Below, one piece after another: positions 49,885-58,616 of a stretch of 64,000 nt of DNA (positions are counted from its first letter, which is position 1; each line of letters opens with the position of its first letter). A program made the position numbers and the translations under genes. The notes beneath the pieces are model-generated. The model saw only the letters and a program-made list of their open reading frames with translations, ran no database searches and was not told the origin of the DNA. Source of the stretch: Bacteroidota bacterium (GTDB lineage: Bacteria; Bacteroidota; Ignavibacteria; UBA10030; UBA6906); assembly GCA_020846365.1 (NCBI GenBank), contig JADLEA010000197.1, forward strand, positions 9,584 through 73,583, given 5' to 3'.

Positions 49885-51246
49885 ATGATGCGTCTGTTCG
49901 CATTCTTCTTCATCCTTGGCCTTGCGGTCCCGGCCATTGCCCAACCGGAAGCAGGCCAGTGGCACGGTCCGGAGGAGCGATGGAAAACAGATATCCTCCT
50001 CGTGGTCGCACATCCCGACGACGAAACTGCGGTGGGTGCGTACCTTGCCCGGGCGGTCTTTGATGAAGGCAAAAGCGCGGCGATCGTCTACTGCAACAAA
50101 GGAACCGGAGGCGGAAACTCGCGCGGGGTCGAACAGGCCTCTGCCATGGGCCTGATCAGGGAGATCGAAGCCCGCCGCGCAACGGCGTTCCTGGGGATCG
50201 ACAGGGTCTGGTTTTTGAACGGCCGGGATACGCCCGGTCAGGACGTGATGCGCTCTCTGCAGGAATGGCGGCACGGGGCCTTGCTCGAAGAACTTGTCCG
50301 CATCATCCGGCTCACGCGCCCGGAAGTGATCTTCACCTGGCTCCCGCATTTCGTTGCCGGGGAAAACCATGGGGACCACCAGGCGGCTGGGGTCATCGCC
50401 ACAGAAGCGTTCGACCTGGCGGGAAACCCGACGGCGTTTCCCGCACAGATCACGCCGCCTCGAGAACCACTGGACATCGGCAACGCCACCGAGGGTTTGC
50501 GTCCCTGGCAACCCAAGAAGCTCTACTTCTTCTCCGATGCTTCACATCCTGTCGAAGGGGACGGACCTGCGTTTGATCTGGCGGCGGAGTCTCCGTCGAA
50601 GAATGTGTCGTACCTGGAACTCGGACTGCGCCTCGGGCTGCCCCACGAAACGCAAAGCGACGTGTCGGAGGTGTCGGAGGACGCACTCCGCCAGGAAGAT
50701 CCGAGATCGGTTCCCGGATATCAGCAGCGCTTCCGGCTGCTGTTTGGCAAGTCGGTGATGCGGTGCTCTCCCCGCGGGGATGTGTTCGAAGGCATTCGCT
50801 CCGGTCCCGCGGCATTTGTGCCTCCTCCGGGCTATCAGCTCCCGGATGAGATTCCGGCCCCGCTCACGCTCGGCGGTCCCTTTGCTTTCTACAGGGATTT
50901 CTGGCCTGCCCATGGAATCGAAAGGGTTGCCGATCTGGTGTCTCCCGAAATCGAGGTGAGCGCCGGAAGTTACCTGCACATTCCGCTCCTCCTCTACAAT
51001 CCATCATCGGACACCGCAACCTACAACCTGAAAGGCCGCGTTCCCGAGGGGTGGAGCATCGCAGCCGGGGAGGGGGTTGTCCGCGTACCGCCGCGGGAAC
51101 TCATGCCCGTGCAGGCATTTGTCGATTGCCCCGGCGAGCCCACGCCTGCTCCATCACTCCTCCGATGGGAGGTCCGAAAGGGAAAGGAATCGCTGGGATC
51201 GGTGAGGTTAAACGTCTCTCTTGTTGAATGGGCTTTGCCGCAATGA
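49885..51246 (+). CDS. PIG-L / LmbE family (carbohydrate esterase family 14) N-acetylglucosaminyl deacetylase, secreted, with an extra C-terminal domain
   Basis: A signal peptide is present (MMRLFAFFFILGLAVPAIAQ). VVAHPDDE is the PIG-L metal-binding motif. An AAAGGA ribosome-binding site is present. Confidence 0.75.
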   Translation: MMRLFAFFFILGLAVPAIAQPEAGQWHGPEERWKTDILLVVAHPDDETAVGAYLARAVFDEGKSAAIVYCNKGTGGGNSRGVEQASAMGLIREIEARRATAFLGIDRVWFLNGRDTPGQDVMRSLQEWRHGALLEELVRIIRLTRPEVIFTWLPHFVAGENHGDHQAAGVIATEAFDLAGNPTAFPAQITPPREPLDIGNATEGLRPWQPKKLYFFSDASHPVEGDGPAFDLAAESPSKNVSYLELGLRLGLPHETQSDVSEVSEDALRQEDPRSVPGYQQRFRLLFGKSVMRCSPRGDVFEGIRSGPAAFVPPPGYQLPDEIPAPLTLGGPFAFYRDFWPAHGIERVADLVSPEIEVSAGSYLHIPLLLYNPSSDTATYNLKGRVPEGWSIAAGEGVVRVPPRELMPVQAFVDCPGEPTPAPSLLRWEVRKGKESLGSVRLNVSLVEWALPQ

Positions 51247-53606
51247 GATCGCATTCGAGATCTTTCGGCGTGCTTGCCTTGCTCCTTCTCTCCGCATGTG
51301 GAGCCGGCACCCTCATCGGTCAGATGATCGATCCTGCCATCGACCGCGCCGACGAGCCGTTCTCGTACTTTAGTCATCCGACGGATGTGATCGGCGTGAT
51401 GGACGGGCAGGAGGCGACGCTGGTAACACCCGAGGGGTATCTCTATACGGGCTTTGGTGAGCTGATGTTCTTCGCGGGAAATCCCTTGGCCCCCATTGCC
51501 CAGAGAGTGAAGACTCTCGAGAAAGGATACCTGCCCATCCTCCGCTATGCGTACGCGTGCGACGGGATTCGATACGAAGCCTGCATGTTTGCAGCGACGC
51601 TGGATGGCAGGCCCGAGAGCCCATTGATGAACTTCATACGGTTTACGGTGATCAACCAGACTCCTCATCGCCGGCGGGCGTTCTTTGCAGCCGCGGTACG
51701 GCATCAGAACGAGGAAAACACGGACTGGGGGTTTGGCGACCACCGCTTCGCCCGCCCCGTGAAAACCGGCGTGCTCGGCGGACACGAACAGGCCGGCGTG
51801 GCGTTCAGCCCTGAGTGGGTCTATACGTTTCAGAACGATGCGTTCATCAGGGACGGCAAAGTGATGTACCTTTTCCCCCGGAACCCGTCTCCCTCCAGGA
51901 TGATGACGCTCAGGAACGGCGGGAACGAAATTCCTCCGACAGGCCCGCAGCAGATACCGTGTCTACCTTCAACTCCAGTGGGTGTCGTGGCATACGATCC
52001 GGTGCTCTCGCCCGGAGAGCACGTGGAGTTCATCTTCAAGATGCCGTATGCGCCTATTGATTCTTCCGACCGCCTCGCCGGAGAACTCCGGTATGCGACG
52101 TTCGGCGAGTACCATAAGCGCACGGTGGAATTCTGGGAAGACCTTCTCGCGCCCGGATTGGAGATCACGCTTCCTGAACCAAAGGTGATAGAGACGTTCA
52201 AGGCGAATCTGGTGTATTCTCTAATTGCCAGAAACAAGCAGGAGGGACACTTGATCCAGAAGGTCAATGAGTTTCAATACGATGCCTTTTGGATCCGGGA
52301 CGCGTCATACTTCATCCGCATGTACGATCTCTCCGGCTATCACACGATTGCGGGGGAGTGCCTGGCGTTCCTGTTGCGGTGGCAGAAGGAGGATGGGAAC
52401 TTCCTCTCACAGGGGGGGCAATTTGACGGTTGGGGACAGGCGCTTTGGGCGTACGGACAGCATGTTCGCATCACGCGCGACACCGCGTTTGCGGCCGCGG
52501 TGTATCCGGCGATGCGCCGCGCGTTTCAATGGCTTCAGACTGCCCGGCAGGGGGATCCCTACCGGCTCATCCCCACTACGACGCCTGGCGATAATGAAGA
52601 CATCACCGGGCATGTCACCGGCCACAATTTCTGGGCATTAGCCGGACTCAGGAACCTGATTTCCGTGGCGCGGGACCTCGGGAAACAGGAGGATGTGATC
52701 GAATTTTCCTCCGAATACCAGGACCTTCGTTCAGCCCTGCTCGAACGCTTGAAACTCCTGGCGCCTCTCACCGGTGGGGCCATCCCTCCGGGGCTCGATT
52801 CCCCCGGAGGACAGGACTGGGGGAACATGATGTCGGTCTACCCCGAGCAGATTCTGGATCCATTCGATTCGCTCGTCACTGCTACGCTTGAGGCGACGCG
52901 GAAGAAGTATCAGGAAGGCATTATGACGTATGGCTCCGGGAGATATCTTCATCATTATCTTACCATGAAGAACACCGAAACGGAGGTCATACGGGGAGAT
53001 CAAGAAACCGCCCTGGAGGAGTTCTACGCGGTCCTGCTTCACACGAGTTCGACACACACCGGGTTCGAGTTCTATGTCCTGCCGTGGGGCACGAGGGATT
53101 TCGGGATGAATCTCGCCCCCCACGGGTGGTTCTCGGCGAAGTTCAGGGCGTTGATGCGCAACATGCTCATTCGCGAAGAGGAGAACACGCTCCACCTGTT
53201 TTCCGTGCTTTCGCCGGCATGGATTGAGCCGGGGAAGGTCGTCGCGGTGCGGAAGGCGCCTACCACGTTTGGGACCGTGCATGCCGAACTGGCGTGCGGT
53301 CCGGGAAATGCAACGTTAACCTTGGAACCCTCCTGGCAACACGAGCCAGACGCGATCGTCATCCATGTGCCGTGGTTCATGCAGGTGGATGGCGTGAGCG
53401 CGCCGGTGGCTGACGGCGGAACCGCTGTGCTCCGTGGCGACCGGATCATTTGCGGTCCGGGAGTCAGCCGGATCGATATCGCGTGGTCCCCTTTGCCACA
53501 GCCCGCGCAGCATAGCTTTACCGCGACAGTGGAGAAGTACAAGGCAGAGTACCGCGAACGTTACGATGCATGGATGTCGGGAAGCGAACGGGGGAGTGAA
53601 CAATGA
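51243..53606 (+). CDS. Six-hairpin (alpha/alpha)6-barrel glycoside hydrolase-like lipoprotein
   Basis: The lipobox is LLLLSACGAG. The central region DAFWIRDASYFIRMYDLSGYH...EDGNF...DGWGQALWAYGQH is typical of six-hairpin glycosidases (GH15/GH63/GH78-like). The start overlaps the upstream stop (ATGA). Confidence 0.6.
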   Translation: MRSHSRSFGVLALLLLSACGAGTLIGQMIDPAIDRADEPFSYFSHPTDVIGVMDGQEATLVTPEGYLYTGFGELMFFAGNPLAPIAQRVKTLEKGYLPILRYAYACDGIRYEACMFAATLDGRPESPLMNFIRFTVINQTPHRRRAFFAAAVRHQNEENTDWGFGDHRFARPVKTGVLGGHEQAGVAFSPEWVYTFQNDAFIRDGKVMYLFPRNPSPSRMMTLRNGGNEIPPTGPQQIPCLPSTPVGVVAYDPVLSPGEHVEFIFKMPYAPIDSSDRLAGELRYATFGEYHKRTVEFWEDLLAPGLEITLPEPKVIETFKANLVYSLIARNKQEGHLIQKVNEFQYDAFWIRDASYFIRMYDLSGYHTIAGECLAFLLRWQKEDGNFLSQGGQFDGWGQALWAYGQHVRITRDTAFAAAVYPAMRRAFQWLQTARQGDPYRLIPTTTPGDNEDITGHVTGHNFWALAGLRNLISVARDLGKQEDVIEFSSEYQDLRSALLERLKLLAPLTGGAIPPGLDSPGGQDWGNMMSVYPEQILDPFDSLVTATLEATRKKYQEGIMTYGSGRYLHHYLTMKNTETEVIRGDQETALEEFYAVLLHTSSTHTGFEFYVLPWGTRDFGMNLAPHGWFSAKFRALMRNMLIREEENTLHLFSVLSPAWIEPGKVVAVRKAPTTFGTVHAELACGPGNATLTLEPSWQHEPDAIVIHVPWFMQVDGVSAPVADGGTAVLRGDRIICGPGVSRIDIAWSPLPQPAQHSFTATVEKYKAEYRERYDAWMSGSERGSEQ

Positions 53607-53652
53607 TCAATGGGCAATGGATAATGGAAAACATGAAGGACAAACAGACCCT

Positions 53653-55332
53653 ATGACCCGGATTACGAGACGGCGGTTTCTCACATCGGCGGCTTTCGCG
53701 GGTCTTGGTGCCGCGGTCGGCTCCGCGTCGGCCTTCCCCTCTCCCTCGATTCTGACACGCCCACGGACTATCCGCTCGACCGCTGCGGGGAATCTCGAGT
53801 TTCGTCCGTATCCGGTTCAAAGGGCCCGCGGACCTCACCTGCTCGATTGGGCATATGCGAGTGATGTGCGAGGTGACGCCTTTCACTCCAACATCACCGC
53901 ATCGGCGGCAGGCGTGACAATTTCCGATACAGAAGGGAAAGACGAGTTTGCGGTCGAGGTGCGGTGGAATGTGGAAGGGTTTGGCTATCTGTTCCTCACG
54001 GCGGACAATGGCGGGGAGTTCTACCGGCTTCCGCATGCGGGAAGAACCACGACGCTGCACCTTGGATTTGAACTGGCACGTAGCAGGGTCTCGCGCAATC
54101 AGCGCCGTTTGCGTCACCACACGGCCCACGGCTACCAGCCGTCGCGTGAGACCCGTGCCCTCTTGGACCTGTCCGAAGGCCTGCTGGAGGAGGCAACGAA
54201 GAGCCGGGGAGATGCCGAACGATGCGCAGCGATCTCCCAAAGGGCGCTGTTGCATGCCCTTCATGCCAGCGAACTGCTGGAACTGGAGAAATGTCGCCAC
54301 GATATCGGAATGCAAAATCCGCGAAAGGAATTCCTCTTCGGTTGCGATGCCCGGGCGTTCTACGAAATGGACAAGGATCACTTCCTCGAGCTCTTCAGCC
54401 GCGCGTTCAACTACGCGACCATCACGCACGTATGGACAGACTCGGACAACCTTGAGGACTTTGAGCCGGCAGAAGGCCAGTTCCAGTTTGGTATGCGCGA
54501 TCTGATGCTGGGCGAGCTCCGCCGCAAAGGGATCACGGTGGAAGGAAGGCCGCTCTTCTGGTTTCACACGTGGGTGACCCCCGGGTGGCTCAAGACCAAA
54601 TCCTATGACCAGCTGCTCTCCTATGTAGAGCGGACGACCCGGCAGGTGGTGCAGCACTACGGCGACTCGATGTATGCCTGGGAGATCGTGAATGAACTCC
54701 ACGATTGGGCCAACGAGTGCGGCCTCAGGCCCGAACAGACCGTCGAGCTCACCCGGTTGGCATGCGACGTTGCCAAAGCTGTCGCGCCGAACGTGCACCG
54801 GCTAGTGAACAATTGTTGTCCGTTCGCCGAATACGTCCAGCTCGGCAAATGGTCCGGACAACCGGCCCTCTATCCACAACGAACCCCCTGGCAGTTTACG
54901 CGGGATCTGGTGGATGCGGGCGTGGACTTTACCTTGCTGGGCCAGCAGATGTACTTCCCTTATCGGGATATTCAGGATATCGCTCTCTCCCTTGAACGTC
55001 TGGAACAGTTCAAGAGGCCGGTGCAGATCTCCGAAATAGGCGCGCCTGGAGGGCCGACAGAGTACTCGATCAAGCTCGGGAAGTACTCCTGGCCGAAAGA
55101 ACCTTATGCGTGGCGCAGACACTGGGATGAGGAACTGCAGGCCGATTGGCTGGAGGGAGTGTTTACCGTCGCCTACAGCAAATCGTGGATCGAGGCGGCC
55201 AACTGGTTCGACTTTGTTGATCCCTACCACTACATCGAAAACGGGGGGCTTCTGCGGTCGCCAAAGGGAGAGACCAAGGCCGCCTACGACCGCCTCCTGG
55301 CGCTCAGGGAAAAATGGAACCGCCGGGTGTGA
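53653..55332 (+). CDS. GH10-like (clan GH-A) glycoside hydrolase with a Tat signal and an N-terminal domain of unknown function; paralog 1 of 3
   Basis: The Tat motif is MTRITRRRFLTSAAFAGLGAAVGSASA. The catalytic-region motifs are HTWVTPGWL, YAWEIVNELHDWAN, LVNNCCPFAEY and VQISEIGAPG. Confidence 0.65.
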   Translation: MTRITRRRFLTSAAFAGLGAAVGSASAFPSPSILTRPRTIRSTAAGNLEFRPYPVQRARGPHLLDWAYASDVRGDAFHSNITASAAGVTISDTEGKDEFAVEVRWNVEGFGYLFLTADNGGEFYRLPHAGRTTTLHLGFELARSRVSRNQRRLRHHTAHGYQPSRETRALLDLSEGLLEEATKSRGDAERCAAISQRALLHALHASELLELEKCRHDIGMQNPRKEFLFGCDARAFYEMDKDHFLELFSRAFNYATITHVWTDSDNLEDFEPAEGQFQFGMRDLMLGELRRKGITVEGRPLFWFHTWVTPGWLKTKSYDQLLSYVERTTRQVVQHYGDSMYAWEIVNELHDWANECGLRPEQTVELTRLACDVAKAVAPNVHRLVNNCCPFAEYVQLGKWSGQPALYPQRTPWQFTRDLVDAGVDFTLLGQQMYFPYRDIQDIALSLERLEQFKRPVQISEIGAPGGPTEYSIKLGKYSWPKEPYAWRRHWDEELQADWLEGVFTVAYSKSWIEAANWFDFVDPYHYIENGGLLRSPKGETKAAYDRLLALREKWNRRV

Positions 55333-55359
55333 TTTGAAAAACGATCGGAGACTCAAGAT

Positions 55360-56949
55360 ATGACGTCAACGCAACGCGGTGAACTTGTTTTTGTCCCCAC
55401 CTTCGTTCAGAGCGGACGAGGACCACACCTTCTTGATTGGGCGTATGCCTCGGACACGCACTGGGACGCTTTCCATTCGAACATTGCCGTTACGAAGGAA
55501 GGGGTGGCCATTTCGGACACGGAAGGGAGGGAGAAGTTCGGCATTGACGTCCGCTGGAATGTCGAGGGCTTCGGATATCTCTATATTACCGCGGACAACG
55601 CGGGTGAATACTACACGCTTCCTCCGCCGGGCGAGACACGGAAGCTCAGTCTGAATGTTGAGCTTGCCCGGAGCCGGGTGACGCGCAACAAACGGCGCCT
55701 CGCGCTCCATCAAACGGACGGTTGGCTGCCGTCGCGCGAAACACGAACATTTGTAGATCTCTCCGAAGGATTGTTGCAGGGCGGCATGAACATTCGCGGA
55801 GACGAAACGAGACGCGCGGATCTCGCCCAACAGGCGCTCCGGTATGCGATGTGGGCAGGCGAGATGATTGAGCTGGAGAAGGCACGCGCGACCATCCTTC
55901 GCCAGGGACGCCGCGATCGGTTCTTCACGGGATGTGACGCCCGGGGGTACTATCAAATGGACGTGGAATTGTTCCTTAAGAACTTCACAGAGCTCTTCGA
56001 CTACGCCACCATCACGCACTACCTCATCGCCGGGGTGTTCGAGGATTTCGAGCCGGAAGAGGGGAATAAGCAGTACGGCCTCCGAGATGTCCTGTTCAAG
56101 GAACTCCGGAAACGAAACATCGTCGTGGAAGGAAGGCCGCTCTGGTGGTCGTACCGCACGACAACGCCCGACTGGCTCCGGCGGAAATCCTATGACGAGG
56201 TGCGGAAGTACGTCGAGCAGCATGTCCGGGAGGTGGTGGGCCACTATGGCGACGGCATGTATGCTTGGGAAGTGGTCAACGAATTCCATGACTGGGCGAA
56301 CGAATGCCAGTTGACGCCCGACCAGATCATCGAAGTCACGCGGCTGGCCTGTGACGTCGCCCGGGATACCAATCCCAAAGTCCACCGGCTCATAAACAAC
56401 TGCTGCCCCTTTGCGGAATATGTGCAGCTCAAGAAGTGGACGGAACTGGATGCAAAGTACCCGCAACGAACCCCATGGCAGTTCATGAAGGCCCTGACTG
56501 ACGCGGGGGTGGACTACACGATTGCCGGACAGCAAATGTACTTTCCGTACCGGGATATGGCAGACACGATCATTCTGGTCGACCGGCTGGAGCAGTTCGG
56601 GCGACCGGTGCAACTCACGGAGGTGGGGGCTTCGGCGGGACCTTCTCCGGAATCGCTGCAGTCGGGAAAACTTCCGCTGTCCTTCGAGCCGTATCAGTGG
56701 CACCGCCCCTGGGACGAAGAGCTTCAGGCCGACTGGATGGAGCAGCTCTACACGCTTGCGTATGCGCGCCCGTTCATTGAGGCAGTGAACTGGTATGACT
56801 TCGTCGACCCGTTCTCCTGGATCCCGAATGGCGGCTTCCTCCGTTCGCCCAAAGGGGAACCGAGGGCTATCGTGGACCGCCTGCTCAAACTCCAGGCCGA
56901 ATGGAAGGCCCTGCCTCCGGCAGGTCAGACGCAGGGAAAACGGAAATGA
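55360..56949 (+). CDS. GH10-like glycoside hydrolase paralog 2 of 3, with no signal peptide
   Basis: It has the same domain order as paralog 1: the N-terminal GPHLLDWAYASD domain, then YAWEVVNEFHDWAN ... VQLTEVGASAGP. It starts directly at the mature-like sequence MTSTQRGELVF. Confidence 0.65.
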   Translation: MTSTQRGELVFVPTFVQSGRGPHLLDWAYASDTHWDAFHSNIAVTKEGVAISDTEGREKFGIDVRWNVEGFGYLYITADNAGEYYTLPPPGETRKLSLNVELARSRVTRNKRRLALHQTDGWLPSRETRTFVDLSEGLLQGGMNIRGDETRRADLAQQALRYAMWAGEMIELEKARATILRQGRRDRFFTGCDARGYYQMDVELFLKNFTELFDYATITHYLIAGVFEDFEPEEGNKQYGLRDVLFKELRKRNIVVEGRPLWWSYRTTTPDWLRRKSYDEVRKYVEQHVREVVGHYGDGMYAWEVVNEFHDWANECQLTPDQIIEVTRLACDVARDTNPKVHRLINNCCPFAEYVQLKKWTELDAKYPQRTPWQFMKALTDAGVDYTIAGQQMYFPYRDMADTIILVDRLEQFGRPVQLTEVGASAGPSPESLQSGKLPLSFEPYQWHRPWDEELQADWMEQLYTLAYARPFIEAVNWYDFVDPFSWIPNGGFLRSPKGEPRAIVDRLLKLQAEWKALPPAGQTQGKRK

Positions 56950-56956
56950 GGACCCC

Positions 56957-58606
56957 ATGAGCAGATTGACCCGCCGAACATTTCTGCAATCGGGCGCAAC
57001 AGTTGCCGCAGCCGCTGTCGGGGCGCCCCTGTTCACCCCGTTGCGGCCTTTGTTTGCAGGGACGTCGGAGGATATGCTCTTCCGCGTGCACACCGATTCG
57101 ACCGCCCCGGCACCCGACTTCGTCTATGCGACGGACGATCTCGAGGATCCGTTCCGCTCGGCGATCCGGCTCACCAGAGATGGCGTTGTCGTTCCGCAGG
57201 AATTCGGCGACCGGCGCTTTTCGGTGCATACCCGCTGGTACGTGAAGGATTTTGGTTGGGTATGGCTTGCGGCGGACAACGCCGGCGAGCTTTACAGCCG
57301 TTCGGATCTTCCTTCAGGACGGACGCTTGACCTGAATGTGGAGTTTGCCCGCAGTCGTGTGTCACGGAACCGGGACGTGCGCAAGCGGTACGAACAGGAC
57401 GGGACAGTCTTCTCTCCCGAGGTGATCAACCTGACGGAGGCCTCGGAGGAGCTTCTTGCGTCCTGCCTGAAGGCAGAGGGGAGAGGAGACAAGGCGTTGC
57501 GGTCCGCCGACCGGGCTCTGGCGAACGCCATGTGGGCAGGGGAAAAGATTGAACTGGAACGCGCTCAGGATATCATCGCGAGACGTAAGCGGGCAGACAG
57601 AGTCTGGTTCGGCTGCGAAACCCGCCAGTTCATCTGGGGGAAATCGGAAGACACCATCAACAGGTTCATGGAGCTGTTCAATTTCGCCACCGTCACACAC
57701 TACGTTTGGGACACCTGGTACGAGCTGTTCGAGCCGAAGGAGGGATACTACAACTGGGGGATCAAAGACAATATCGTACACTGGCTCTCTCAACACGGCA
57801 TTACCCTTGAAGGCCGGCCGCTGTACTGGCCACACCCCAGCGTAACACCCGATTGGCTGACGCAGAAAGACTTCGACGGCGTCAGGAAGTACCTTGACCG
57901 CCATGTGCGTGACCTGGTGCTGCACTATGGGGACAAGGTCTTGCAGTGGGAAGTTGTAAATGAAATGCACGACTGGGCGAATGTGCATCATTTTTCGCCC
58001 GACCAGATCACGCAACTGGTCCGGCTCGCATGTGACACGACGCGTGCAACACATCCCGGTGTCGTACGGATCATCAACAACTGCTGCCCCTTCGCGGAAT
58101 ATGTTGCCCGCGGGCGTCAGTCGAGGGCTGATGCAAAACGCCCGTTGCGGTCCCCACGGAGGTTCGTGCAGGACCTTCTGGATGCAGGCGTGGAGTTCGA
58201 CGTTCTCGGGATCCAGATCTACTTTCCTCAGCGCGACCTGTCGGATATCGTCCGCCTGCTCGAGCGGTTCGAGAAGTTCAAGAAGCCCTTGTACATTACG
58301 GAGATCGGAGCGAGTTCGAACCTCCACGCTCCTTCCGCCACCGGCGCCGTGACGGGAAACCCCGCGGACCCGTATGGCTGGCACCGACATTGGGATGAGG
58401 GTCTTCAGGCGGACTGGCTGGAGCAAGTGTACACGCTGTACTATAGCCGTCCTTCGGTGAAGGCGATTAACTGGTATGACTTCTCTGATTTTCGACCCTT
58501 TATCATCAATGGGGGGTTGGTCCGTGAGGATGCGACCACCAAGCAGTCGTATCACCGGCTGAAGCAGCTCCTCGCATCATGGGGTGCACTTCCGCCTCAA
58601 CTTTGA
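56957..58606 (+). CDS. GH10-like glycoside hydrolase paralog 3 of 3, with a Tat signal
   Basis: The Tat motif is MSRLTRRTFLQSGATVAAAAVGAPL. The catalytic motifs are LQWEVVNEMHDWAN ... LYITEIGASSN. The start at 56957 is placed 8 nt after the upstream stop. Confidence 0.65.
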   Translation: MSRLTRRTFLQSGATVAAAAVGAPLFTPLRPLFAGTSEDMLFRVHTDSTAPAPDFVYATDDLEDPFRSAIRLTRDGVVVPQEFGDRRFSVHTRWYVKDFGWVWLAADNAGELYSRSDLPSGRTLDLNVEFARSRVSRNRDVRKRYEQDGTVFSPEVINLTEASEELLASCLKAEGRGDKALRSADRALANAMWAGEKIELERAQDIIARRKRADRVWFGCETRQFIWGKSEDTINRFMELFNFATVTHYVWDTWYELFEPKEGYYNWGIKDNIVHWLSQHGITLEGRPLYWPHPSVTPDWLTQKDFDGVRKYLDRHVRDLVLHYGDKVLQWEVVNEMHDWANVHHFSPDQITQLVRLACDTTRATHPGVVRIINNCCPFAEYVARGRQSRADAKRPLRSPRRFVQDLLDAGVEFDVLGIQIYFPQRDLSDIVRLLERFEKFKKPLYITEIGASSNLHAPSATGAVTGNPADPYGWHRHWDEGLQADWLEQVYTLYYSRPSVKAINWYDFSDFRPFIINGGLVREDATTKQSYHRLKQLLASWGALPPQL

Positions 58607-58616
58607 AAGGGTGTGC

